A stretch of 63,762 nt of DNA, counting the filler, from Octopus bimaculoides (Eukaryota): assembly GCF_001194135.2 (NCBI RefSeq). It is 5 parts of 5 records of this genome, joined end to end, with 100 filler letters (N's around TTAATTAATTAA, not from the genome) between each part and the next. Parts side by side here need not be neighbours in the genome. Positions count along the whole stretch, not along the records: positions 1 to 15,112 come from NC_068988.1; positions 15,213 to 27,674 come from NC_068986.1; 3 more parts are not named here. One strand, 5' to 3'. Positions 13,049-24,700 of the stretch are shown here, one piece after another. The position numbers were made by a program, and so were the translations under genes. The notes beneath the pieces are model-generated. The model was not told where the DNA came from, made no database searches, and was given only the letters and a program-made list of their open reading frames with translations. Each line of letters starts with the position of its first letter. Position 1 is the stretch's first letter.

Positions 13049-13597
13049 TTAACATTAATCTTGATTTCCAGATATGTGGCAGTACTACCCTATTAAGAAA
13101 AATTAATTAAATTTTATTGTATATATATATAAGGATTCGAACCATCCACGAGCTAACGTAAATAGTTTAACCCCAAACAACGATATTCTGCAGTATCTTA
13201 TCTGATACAAATTACTTTAACAATGTAGAAGCTTACTGTAAACACGCAAGTGGCAATTTAAAAACAACGCTGTCTCCAACTGTTTTGTCTTTAAGTCTGA
13301 CATCCCAACTGAAAGGTGAATTATTATATTCCGATACTAGAAATAGGTTCCTCTATAGAACCAGCTTATTCATTCAGCTAGCCACCATAGAAGTTAATAA
13401 GAATAATAAAAATCGTAAACATCATAGTTCATGGCTGGTAAATACTTTTATATAGTTACTAAACTACGAAACAGAATTGTCTATCTAAATAGATAGATAT
13501 ATAGACAGATATTGCATATATATGTTTGTGTGTGCGTGTGTGTGTGTGTCTGTGTGTGTGTGTGTGTCTGTGTGTGTGTGTGTGTGTGTGTGCGTGT

Positions 13598-13940
13598 GGA
13601 GGCGCAATGGTCCAGTGGTCAGGGTAGCGCGGTCATGGGATCGCGGTTTCGATTCCCAGATCGGAGGTTGTGAGTGTTTATTGAGCGAAAACACCTCCAC
13701 GAGGCTCCGGCCGGAGGTGTGGGCGAACCCTGCTGTACTCTTTCACCGCGATTTTCTCTCACTTTTTCCTTCTTGTTTCTGTTGTAATCTTTATTTCAAA
13801 GGGCCAGCCTTGTCACACTGTGTCACGCTGAATCTCTCCGAGAACTACGTGCTCAGCCAGTTACACGTTAATTTCACGCGCAGGTTGTTCAGTTGATCGG
13901 ATCAACTGGAACCTTCGTAGTCGAAACGTACGGAGTGCCA
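13598..13940 (+). mobile_element. SINE family 3 copy
   Basis: Colinear with 8838-9207. Confidence 0.9.
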
Positions 13941-13988
13941 CGATATATATATGTGTGTGTGTGTGTGTGCCTAATATATACATATATA

Positions 13989-14031
<43 letters not shown>

Positions 14032-14169
14032 NNNNNNNNNNNNNNNNNNNNNNNNNNNNNNNNNNNNNNNNNNNNNNNNNNNNNNNNNNNNNNNNNNNNN
14101 NNNNNNNNNNNNNNNNNNNNNNNNNNNNNNNNNNNNNNNNNNNNNNNNNNNNNNNNNNNNNNNNNNNNN

Positions 14170-14288
14170 TGGCAGTCCCAAAATTAGGACGAAAGCTGCC
14201 GTGAATTCGTGTGTCACATAGCTAGCTAGAGGCGATGGCTTCTTGGAGCTAATTCACGGCAGCTTTCGTCCTAATTTTGGGACTGCCA
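14170..14288. repeat. Perfect 38-bp inverted repeat with 43-bp loop (MITE-like hairpin)
   Basis: tggcagtcccaaaattaggacgaaagctgccgtgaatt (14170-14207) and its exact reverse complement (14251-14288). Confidence 0.9.
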
Positions 14289-14339
14289 TGTTGGCTTGGC
14301 GATAACTATTAATTATATATATATATATATATATATATT

Positions 14340-14720
14340 CTTTCACTCTTTTATTTGTTTCAGTCATTTGACTGCGACCATGCTGGAGCACCACCTTTTG
14401 TCGAGTAAATCGACCCCAGAAATTATTTTTTGTAAGCCTAGGAATTATTCCATTTGTCTTTTCGCCGAACCGCTAAGTTACGGGACGTAAACGCACCAGC
14501 ATCGGTTGCCAAGCGATGTTGAGGGAAGAAGCACACACACACACACACAGACACACATATATATATATATTTCAGTTTCCGACTACCAAATCCACTCACA
14601 AGACTTTAGTCGGCCCGAGGCTATAGTAGAAAACACTTGCCCAAGGTGCCACTCGGTGTGAATGAACCCGGAACCATGTGGTAGGCAAGTAAGCTACTTC
14701 CCACACTGCTACTCCTGCGC
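14340..14720 (-). mobile_element. Full SINE family 1: head, internal (TA)/(TG) microsatellite, tail
   Basis: Head 14571-14720, microsatellite about 14533-14570, tail 14340-14530. Confidence 0.85.
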
Positions 14721-14801
14721 ATACCTATACATATGCACATATATATGCATCTTTGTATATATGTCTGTCTCTTTCTCTCTCCCTCTCTCTCTCTCTCATG
14801 T

Positions 14802-14832
<31 letters not shown>

Positions 14833-14849
14833 TAGATAGATAGATATAC

Positions 14850-14902
<53 letters not shown>

Positions 14903-14916
14903 CACAGACAGACACT

Positions 14917-14950
<34 letters not shown>

Positions 14951-15112
14951 CATTTCTTTTATTAGCCACACAGGGCTCAACGAAGATGGGACAAATACAA
15001 TGTAGAGCTTTTCTTTTTGGGAGGGGGAAGGAAAAAAAAGGGTGGTGTCGATCAAAAGGGATCGTAGGAAGGAAAAGGGGATAGTTCGATCAAAAGGGAT
15101 CAAAAAAAAAAA

Positions 15113-15212
15113 NNNNNNNNNNNNNNNNNNNNNNNNNNNNNNNNNNNNNNNNNNNNTTAATTAATTAANNNNNNNNNNNNNNNNNNNNNNNNNNNNNNNN
15201 NNNNNNNNNNNN
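15113..15212. other. Artificial scaffold spacer (44N-TTAATTAATTAA-44N)
   Basis: Exact 100-nt layout; the linker has stops in all six frames. Confidence 0.97.
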
Positions 15213-16230
15213 CAACCCTGATACTGCAAAGCTATCATCAAAGACATTCCAGCCTTCAGCAAACCGTTTCTTTTTAAGGGATAATCTAGGATATTACTTA
15301 CAATGGGCGTGTGATTTAAGTAGGGGGATACTTTGGCTGCTATTTTTAGCGTGCCAAGCGACCAGGTAGAGGCTCTTTCATTGGTTCGATTGCGTGATGA
15401 GATTTTTTTTTACACATATATGTAATATGTATATATAAACGGCAGAAGTTAGAGAGTAAGTCAAAAGCTGAGAGTTTCGTGTATTGGCACTTATCAAACA
15501 CGAATTTGTCTATTGTCACTCTGTAACTTCCGACGAAATAACTTCTAGAATACCAAATTTTGTCAAAAACGTTAAGAGTAAACCCTGTTCTATGTCACAC
15601 ATTCTACCCGAATGGGAAGTTTGAAAGTGCTTAATAAAAAAAAAATTAATTAAATAATCTGTACGTCAAAGTCGACCACGGAGAAATTTGAACTCAAAAC
15701 TTAAAATCATACGAAATACCGTTAAACATAACGTTTCTGTAAGCTCACCGCCTTTGAATGTAAATATTCATTTTAGAAATATATTCTTTATTGTTATTGC
15801 TTAAGCGTTACTCCCTTACTTCCTTACTTACTGATATTACATTTCGTAACACTTTACCTCATAACTGTTTTTCTACTATTTTTTGTTCAATGCGACTAAC
15901 GATTCTGGATTTCTCATGCATTTTTCTATCATTTAAGTCTAAGAAAAGTATACTTTTAATTTAAAATTTAAAAAATTTATGTTAATTGAAGATGAATATC
16001 TGCCTTACTGCCCCTCTTAAGGTCGCAGATATTTTGATGTAACTTTTTTCTACTGAGCCAAATCTCAAACTATTTATGCCAAAGTGTAGCTGAGGAGGTG
16101 TCCTCTTTAAAACTATTAACAATTTGCAATTTAGTTGAGAACTAAATTAGTGGTGAAGCTTGGAAACTGCTGCGATTGACAAAATGGTGGATTTAAGAAT
16201 ATATTCAACCACTACCGTGGTTGAATGAGA

Positions 16231-16266
<36 letters not shown>

Positions 16267-16329
16267 CGGTTAGTTGTCCATAAGTCAGAGAAAAGGCATC
16301 CTCTAAAGGAGAAATTGAACGGTTATACT

Positions 16330-17030
16330 TTTACTTTGTCGAGCAGCATATTTCTGTTATGACAAATAACCGATCAGAAAGTTACCGACGGTTTCCCACC
16401 GACAGTTACACTTTCAATATTGATGACTCTTCAGACAAACCAGCCGGAAACGCAAAGCTCTTTTACGCTGGAGGTGAAAATAGAATCTTGGCTCGCTCGG
16501 TGGCAATAAACACAGTAAAAGAAAGGTGATGAAAAATTACATTATCCTGAAAAGAAGGGAGAATTGCCTCCCACGGTGCGATGTCAGCTGTGGCCGAGGT
16601 GCCGGCAACTTTTGAGGGTAGCGATTAGATATTTCGCTTTTTCAGTACAAGAAGATACCCGGATCGGGCTAGTAAAGCTTGGAACACCTACTTTTATTTA
16701 AGTATGGCACAGGTTCTTCTAGCAGTTTCCAGTTGATTTCGAACATCGTTCCTTCCTCTTTTGATCTCCATTTATAACTGGCTAATGTAACGTTGCGCAT
16801 CTCTTACATTCTGAAATATTTGTTCAATGGTGTATGAGAGTCTCCACAAATAATTTGTTTTCAATGATAAAGGTTTGTGTAAGACCAGCTACACTTTTTA
16901 GAAATATTAATAGCAGGACGTTGGTGCAGGTGTTTTCCACAAACACAATGAACAATATACTTCAAGCTTTTCTATTAAAGTTCTCCATCTCCAGTATTTG
17001 CTGCTTTCGGCACGACTCAATATTCAACCC
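16330..17030 (-). pseudogene. Penelope-like element 3' relic (GIY-YIG C-terminus) with a hammerhead-like motif
   Basis: Minus strand ...AGLTQT...TLASYKWRSKEEGTMFEINWKLLEEPVPYLNKSRCSKL resembles the PLE pattern TLS.YIW.LKE....Y.I.WKII..A.PY...S..C.LC; CTGAAGA...GAAAC-cgtcg-GTA at 16383-16434. Confidence 0.65.
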
Positions 17031-18153
17031 CTCCCCCTTCCTCAGTAGGCTAAATGTGCACCTAGAATCAAACCAGAAATGGCTGTCCTCACGCATGTGC
17101 GCGCGCGCGTGTGTGTTGTGTGCATGTGTACATATATATATCATATTTTTCTTGGACTATTCTTTTCCTTCTCTCCAGACATTTCCTCATTTTCCTTTCT
17201 GATAAAAATAAAAGGCATGCTCAAAACGTCACACACCTTTTTCATCTTAAACTGAGCGTCAGCCCAATACATTCACTGGGTACGTCCTTTTGACTTTGTT
17301 GATTTTGACTTCATTCATGTTTTTATTTTCGATCTGCCAATGTGTGTGTGTGTGTATGTGTGTGTGTGNNNNNNNNNNNNNNNNNNNNNNNNNNNNNNNN
17401 NNNNNNNNNNNNNNNNNNNNNNNNNNNNNNNNNNNNNNNNNNNNNNNNNNNNNNNNNNNNNNNNNNNNNNNNNNNNNNNNNNNNNNNNNNNNNNNNNNNN
17501 NNNNNNNNNNNNNNNNNNNNNNNNNNNNNNNNNNNNNNNNNNNNNNNNNNNNNNNNNNNNNNNNNNNNNNNNNNNNNNNNNNNNNNNNNNNNNNNNNNNN
17601 NNNNNNNNNNNNNNNNNNNNNNNNNNNNNNNNNNNNNNNNNNNNNNNNNNNNNNNNNNNNNNNNNNNNNNNNNNNNNNNNNNNNNNNNNNNNNNNNNNNN
17701 NNNNNNNNNNNNNNNNNNNNNNNNNNNNNNNNNNNNNNNNNNNNNNNNNNNNNNNNNNNNNNNNNNNNNNNNNNNNNNNNNNNNNNNNNNNNNNNNNNNN
17801 NNNNNNNNNNNNNNNNNNNNNNNNNNNNNNNNNNNNNNNNNNNNNNNNNNNNNNNNNNNNNNNNNNNNNNNNNNNNNNNNNNNNNNNNNNNNNNNNNNNN
17901 NNNNNNNNNNNNNNNNNNNNNNNNNNNNNNNNNNNNNNNNNNNNNNNNNNNNNNNNNNNNNNNNNNNNNNNNNNNNNNNNNNNNNNNNNNNNNNNNNNNN
18001 NNNNNNNNNNNNNNNNNNNNNNNNNNNNNNNNNNNNNNNNNNNNNNNNNNNNNNNNNNNNNNNNNNNNNNNNNNNNNNNNNNNNNNNNNNNNNNNNNNNN
18101 NNNNNNNNNNNNNNNNNNNNNNNNTATATATATTTATATATATATATATATAT

Positions 18154-18312
18154 ACGACACGCTTTTTCAGTTCCCGTCTACCAAATCCACTGACAAAACT
18201 TTGGTCGGTCCGAAGCTATATCAGAAGACACCCGCTCAAGATACCATGCAGTGGGACTAAACCTGGAACCATGTGGTTGGGAAGTAAGCTTCTTACCACA
18301 CAGCCACACGTG
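18154..18312 (-). mobile_element. SINE family 1 head
   Basis: Homologous to 1131-1286. Confidence 0.8.
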
Positions 18313-18879
18313 TACATATAAGTGCCTGTAATAATGATAGTAGTGATAATGACGTAATACCTTGACGAGAACGTGACGCTCAATGCTAGTGAATTGTTTA
18401 ACAATGAAACCAACTGTAAATGGAAGGTTAAAACAACTGCTAGGTTATGTAGTATACAACAAGAGGAGAAACTGAACTGACAGAGCCGCCATCGATAACA
18501 ATAAGTGAATCGTAAAAATTAATATAGATCAATCATATGAACTAAGATGCGAATAAAAAAAGACGTTGTGTAAGAGATCGATATAGATCGATCATTTATA
18601 CGTGTTACCAATCAATTGCTCATACACGTGTGTATATATGTTTAAGCGCATGCTTGTATATGATTGAGTGAAAAATTATGTCTTTGTGTGCGTGTGTATG
18701 TGTTTGTGCATATGTGTGTAAGTGTGTGTGCATGTGTGTGTGTGAGTGTGTGTGTGTGTGGAGAGAGGGACAGACACATAGATAGTATAGATATAAAACT
18801 TATATACATATTAAATGCTACTATAACATAGATATATACAACATATACGCATTAAAACTGTTGCATGAAATCTCATCTG

Positions 18880-18924
<45 letters not shown>

Positions 18925-19022
18925 GTCTGTCTGTCTGTCTTTCTATCTATCTATCTATCTATCTAGTTATATTTGTGAGTGTGTGTATGTGTGTGTGTGA
19001 GAGTGCTTTGTATCTGTATGTG

Positions 19023-19230
19023 TCTCCCACCACCGCTTGACAACCGGTATTGGTTTGTTTACGTCGCCCTAACGTAGAGGTTCAGCATAAGAGACCTATA
19101 GAATAAGTACCAGGCTTAAAAAGAAATTATTAGAACCGATTCGTTCGACTAAAATTATTTAAGGTGGTGCTTCAGCATGGCCGTAGTCTAATGAGCGAAA
19201 TAAGTAAAAGATAAAGGATAAAAGATATAA
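19023..19230 (+). mobile_element. SINE family 1 tail
   Basis: caaccggtattggtttgtttacgtc...cagcatggccgtagtc...taagtaaaagata. Confidence 0.75.
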
Positions 19231-19334
19231 ATACATCTGTATATAATTACACACACACACACACACATACATACACTGACGCATGCACACACACACACAC
19301 ATATATATATTCTATACATATATATATTATATGT

Positions 19335-19365
<31 letters not shown>

Positions 19366-19370
19366 CGTGC

Positions 19371-19401
<31 letters not shown>

Positions 19402-19404
<3 letters not shown>

Positions 19405-19504
19405 GCGCAATGGCCCAGTGGTTAGGGTAGCGGACTCGTGGTCATAGGATCGTGGTTTCGATTCCCAGACCGGCCGTTGTGAGTGTTTATTGAGCGAAAA
19501 CACC
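19402..19504 (+). mobile_element. SINE family 3, 5' part running into a gap
   Basis: gaggcgcaatggcccagtggttagggtagcgg... Confidence 0.85.
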
Positions 19505-20031
19505 NNNNNNNNNNNNNNNNNNNNNNNNNNNNNNNNNNNNNNNNNNNNNNNNNNNNNNNNNNNNNNNNNNNNNNNNNNNNNNNNNNNNNNNNNNNNNNNN
19601 NNNNNNNNNNNNNNNNNNNNNNNNNNNNNNNNNNNNNNNNNNNNNNNNNNNNNNNNNNNNNNNNNNNNNNNNNNNNNNNNNNNNNNNNNNNNNNNNNNNN
19701 NNNNNNNNNNNNNNNNNNNNNNNNNNNNNNNNNNNNNNNNNNNNNNNNNNNNNNNNNNNNNNNNNNNNNNNNNNNNNNNNNNNNNNNNNNNNNNNNNNNN
19801 NNNNNNNNNNNNNNNNNNNNNNNNNNNNNNNNNNNNNNNNNNNNNNNNNNNNNNNNNNNNNNNNNNNNNNNNNNNNNNNNNNNNNNNNNNNNNNNNNNNN
19901 NNNNNNNNNNNNNNNNNNNNNNNNNNNNNNNNNNNNNNNNNNNNNNNNNNNNNNNNNNNNNNNNNNNNNNNNNNNNNNNNNNNNNNNNNNNNNNNNNNNN
20001 NNNNNNNNNNNNNNATATATATATATATATA

Positions 20032-20890
20032 TAGCCTTGTCTAAAAGTATTTGGCCACCCCAATGTTTTGGGTTTCTGCCATCTCAATGTTAATGAAACT
20101 CGTACACATGGTAGATTATGGTATATTTCATAATATACATTAGTTTTAATATCTGGTTGACCCTCATTTTGCATCAGTTACCGCTTTTAAACGGTTAGGC
20201 ATTGAATCATCTAGTTTCTTGCAGGTGCTAGGTACAATTTTACTCCTTTCTTCTCTCAACGCTTGGTACAAATGCTCTTTACTTTTAATTGTTGTGTTCC
20301 TAATAGCTTCACCAAGAGTTCCCCATGGGTGATCGATCGGATTTTGATCGGGACTTTGAGCTGGCCAATCCATGGGAACAATACCCTGTGTCTCGAACCA
20401 TTGACGAGTATTCTTCGCTGTATGACATGGAACGTTGTCCTGTTTTTTGGCACTCCTGGATGCAATTTAGCAATTGATAAAACATCTCATAACATAAAAA
20501 CATAGGTAACTGAACTCACCCTTCCCTGACATAAAAATATTTCTCTAGGTGCTGTGGCAGACATGCAGGCCCACATCATGATAAAACCACCCCCATGTTT
20601 TACGGTTGGTACCAGACATTTAGCCTTAAATGCTTCCTCAACTTTACGACGCACGAAAGTTACACCAGGTGTACTGAAAACCTGAGTAAAAACATGAAAA
20701 ATAATATTAGCTTTATGTTGGATACTTTTTTATATATTTTGGGCAACAAACCAGTTACATTAAGTTTATACGTTGATTGAATACATGTACTATCTTATCT
20801 CATAGTTACTTTCATCAGACCATATGACTTTCGACAATTGCTTACTGGTCCAGTTTGAGTGGTGGCCCACTGAAGATGTTTTTTCCAACT
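20032..20890 (-). mobile_element. Tc1-like DNA transposon relic (catalytic domain plus one TIR)
   Basis: WSDES, VRRK..E.FK.KCLVPTVKHGGG..MMWACMS, QDNVPCH and MDWPAQSPDQNPIDHPW motifs across frameshifts; TIR-like ccttgtctaaaagtatttggccaccc next to (TA)n. Confidence 0.88.
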
Positions 20891-21281
20891 CTGTACGTTT
20901 TAATATTAAATCCCTCCGAAATCAGCTCTGCCGTTCAACCCTCCGAGCTCGTTAAATTAAGGTACATGTCAACTAGTTGGGTCGATTTAATCGACTAAAC
21001 CTCTACTCTTTTCCCAGGAAAAACAATTCAGGCGAAGAAGAGCAATTATGATCCGCTTGCTCCCTGCATGACTCTGTAGATGAAACAGCATCTGAGAGAG
21101 GGTGTGAGCCCTCGTAGTCAGGGAGATCCCAGTTCTTTAACTGGGATACATCGAAGTCTTGGGCAGTATTTCCTTAACGGGGAATTTTCTGTTGGAATTG
21201 TGCTATCAACGTTTGTTCCTATTATTTCCATTTTCATACTGTATACATTTAAACTATCCATCGTAGTTTTATCCTACCCTT

Positions 21282-21432
21282 GTACCGTCCCTGATTGTCT
21301 GAAAACAGCACTGCTTGGAACTGCCCGAATACTCCGGAAGGTGCTCGAAAAATAAGACGTGTTACCTTAGTTCACTGGTAGTGAGCAGCTGACACTGTAA
21401 TACATTTCCAGCGTTTGAATATGTGCACAGGC
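21282..21432 (+). mobile_element. R4/Dong-like RLE LINE family A, extreme 3' tip
   Basis: LKTALLGTARILRKVLEK* C-terminus typical of RLE LINEs, then a short UTR and (AAT)n 21433-21554. Confidence 0.7.
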
Positions 21433-21448
21433 AATAATAATAATAATG

Positions 21449-21538
<90 letters not shown>

Positions 21539-21554
21539 GTAATAATAATAATAA

Positions 21555-23890
21555 CGCACCCAAGATGCCTACAAAAATCTACAAGAACAGGTATGGGAAG
21601 ACATCTCAATCGCCGACCTAAGGAGAGCACTAACGAAGGCTCATAAGTGGAAATCTGATATTGATAGAGTACCAAATTTTTGGCTCTCATCACTCTCGTC
21701 CGCACACAAAATGTTAATAATACTATTTAATACTGTTATGAAAGACCCGAAAAAAACTCCCCATTGGATAGCAAATGGTATTACTTACCTCCTCCCGAAA
21801 AATAACGAAACCAAAGACCGAAAAAACTACCGGCCTATAACATCTTATAGGTAGTAGTACCTATAAGATTTTGACATCTATTCTAGTGGAGAAAACATAT
21901 ACGCTTTTGGAAGAGAATAACCTCTTTCCCACTGAACAAAAAGGATGCAGACGAGGCTCAAACGGATGCAAAGATCAGCTCCTAATTAATCGCATGATCC
22001 TTGAGAACTGCCATAACAAGCGCAGAAATCTCAGCTCTTCATGGATTGACTATAAAAAAGCCTTTGACAGCATACCACATTCGTGGATTTTGAAATTGCT
22101 GGACATTTTCAAAATTTCTCCTGTGATTTCAGATTTTTTAAAGTATAATATGTCACTATGGAACGCGAGGCTCCAATTATATCATTTTAATGGAGTATTG
22201 CGCTCAAACGATATAAGCATAAACTGTGGCATTTTTCAAGGTGACTCACTTTCACCACTAATTTTCTGCATAGCACAAATATCACTCTAAAGTGAACTGA
22301 ATAGAACAGGGTATGGCTACAAAATTGACAACAGGAAAATAAGCCGTCTATTTTATATGGATGATTTAAAAGTATATGGCAAAGATGATGAAGTGCTTGA
22401 AGGACTACTACATACTGTGAAAGGATTCAGTGATGATATCGGGATGGAGTTTGGCCTTGAAAAGTGTGCCAAAGCCACTTTTAAGAAAGTGAAACTGGTA
22501 AAGTCAAGTTCAATAGAATTAGATGTCGAAACAGTAATAAAAGAGCTTGAGCAGGAACAAACCTATAAATACTTAGGAATAAATAAAGGCTTTGGTATCC
22601 AGCATGCAAGCATGAAAGAGAAGGTTAGGAAGGAATGTTANNNNNNNNNNNNNNNNNNNNNNNNNNNNNNNNNNNNNNNNNNNNNNNNNNNNNNNNNNNN
22701 NNNNNNNNNNNNNNNNNNNNNNNNNNNNNNNNNNNNNNNNNNNNNNNNNNNNNNNNNNNNNNNNNNNNNNNNNNNNNNNNNNNNNNNNNNNNNNNNNNNN
22801 NNNNNNNNNNNNNNNNNNNNNNNNNNNNNNNNNNNNNNNNNNNNNNNNNNNNNNNNNNNNNNNNNNNNNNNNNNNNNNNNNNNNNNNNNNNNNNNNNNNN
22901 NNNNNNNNNNNNNNNNNNNNNNNNNNNNNNNNNNNNNNNNNNNNNNNNNNNNNNNNNNNNNNNNNNNNNNNNNNNNNNNNNNNNNNNNNNNNNNNNNNNN
23001 NNNNNNNNNNNNNNNNNNNNNNNNNNNNNNNNNNNNNNNNNNNNNNNNNNNNNNNNNNNNNNNNNNNNNNNNNNNNNNNNNNNNNNNNNNNNNNNNNNNN
23101 NNNNNNNNNNNNNNNNNNNNNNNNNNNNNNNNNNNNNNNNNNNNNNNNNNNNNNNNNNNNNNNNNNNNNNNNNNNNNNNNNNNNNNNNNNNNNNNNNNNN
23201 NNNNNNNNNNNNNNNNNNNNNNNNNNNNNNNNNNNNNNNNNNNNNNNNNNNNNNNNNNNNNNNNNNNNNNNNNNNNNNNNNNNNNNNNNNNNNNNNNNNN
23301 NNNNNNNNNNNNNNNNNNNNNNNNNNNNNNNNNNNNNNNNNNNNNNNNNNNNNNNNNNNNNNNNNNNNNNNNNNNNNNNNNNNNNNNNAGACAAAACTAT
23401 AAAAGCTGATAAACCGGATATTATTATAAAAGATCAGACAAAAATTGTGTGTTTATTAATTGACATGAGTATTCCTTGCGATCACAATATAGCGGCGAAA
23501 GAATTTGACAAGATCAATAAAAATAAAGACTTGCTAATAGAAATTGAAAAAATGTGGCACCTCAAAGCGACTACCGTACCAGTGATTGTAGGATCTCTGG
23601 GAATGATAATAAAAAAAAGGTACTGAAACCTATTTGAAAATGATACCAGGCTTACCATCCCTACAGGAAGTGCAAAAAATCGTGTTAACAGGAACTACTC
23701 ATGTACTGAGAAGAGCATTATCGCTGTGAAAACAACATCCATTCATGAATTTATTTATTTATTTATTTATTACATACATATTTTACCTGTGAATTTGCGT
23801 GTATAAACTGGGAATGCATACAATGAGCTTCTCTGCCCTAGGTGTACGGAAAACACTCGGTGAGAAATGGAAGAAAATCTGAAGAAAGAA
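21555..23890 (+). mobile_element. R4/Dong-like RLE LINE family B, 5'-truncated and decayed (gap 22641-23389)
   Basis: RT motifs NYRPIT, EQKGCR, WIDYKKAFDS, GIFQGDSLSP, YMDDLK; RLE ADKPDIIIKD...LIDMSIP...K..K.KDL; flanked by (AAT)n and (AAC/AAT)n. Confidence 0.88.
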
Positions 23891-24024
23891 AAAACAACGA
23901 CAACAACAACAACAATAACAACAATAATAATGATAATAATAATAATAATTGTAACAAACATGCAGATTAAAAGTGAATAATAATAATCAACAGATTGGAA
24001 GTTTTATCATGTACATTGTTTTGT

Positions 24025-24491
24025 CTTGGTATAACAGATGGGCTACAGCAAATATTCTGCTCAATGCCAAGGATTTGCTTGTCGGTTGCTTGACCTTAAC
24101 CAGATGAGCGTGTCCCTTAGTGGCTGACGATATTTGCATCTGTAATCACGAGCAGAAGTAGTGGAGGAGCATCATAGCCATGTGCTGAGAGGGATTCTTT
24201 AGGGTTTGGATAATTCACCTTTGGAAACATGTGTTTCATTCAACATCCTTAAACAACCCTTTTCCAGGGACCTTTTGAGCGGGATGAGCTACTTGACCTG
24301 AAGAAAATTCTGACTGGGTCCCACCTGCAAGGTGATGCGCTGTTTATCTTGATATGAGATCACTATGTCGCACACATACGGTTGTGATACATGTGCCTGG
24401 TGTACTCTTATCAGACGGGTAGTCAAGATGGGTATACTGGGCTTCGTATATTTTACCCCAGTGTCACTTTGATGGCATGCACTGCTCTCTC
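24025..24491 (+). mobile_element. Non-coding (AAT)n-tailed retroelement X (SINE or LINE 3' UTR)
   Basis: Homologous to 59784-60056 (-); both end in ctctctc(act)caataataat; no ORF. Confidence 0.7.
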
Positions 24492-24554
<63 letters not shown>

Positions 24555-24693
24555 AAGAAGAAGAAGAAGAAGAAGAAGAAGAAGAAGAAGAAGAAGAAGA
24601 AGAAGAAGAAGAAGAAGAAGAAGAAGAAGAAGAAGAAGAAGAAGAAGAAGAAGAAGAAGAAGAAGAAGAAGAAGAAGAAGAAGAAGAAGAAGA
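24492..24693 (+). repeat. Compound microsatellite (AAT)n 24492-24524 plus (AAG)n 24525-24693
   Basis: Direct reading. Confidence 0.97.
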
Positions 24694-24700
24694 ATGATAA

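Noticed and set aside
14955-15112. Possible LINE 3' end next to (GATA)n
   Set aside because: Truncated by the scaffold end, with no coding evidence; family and targeting cannot be supported.
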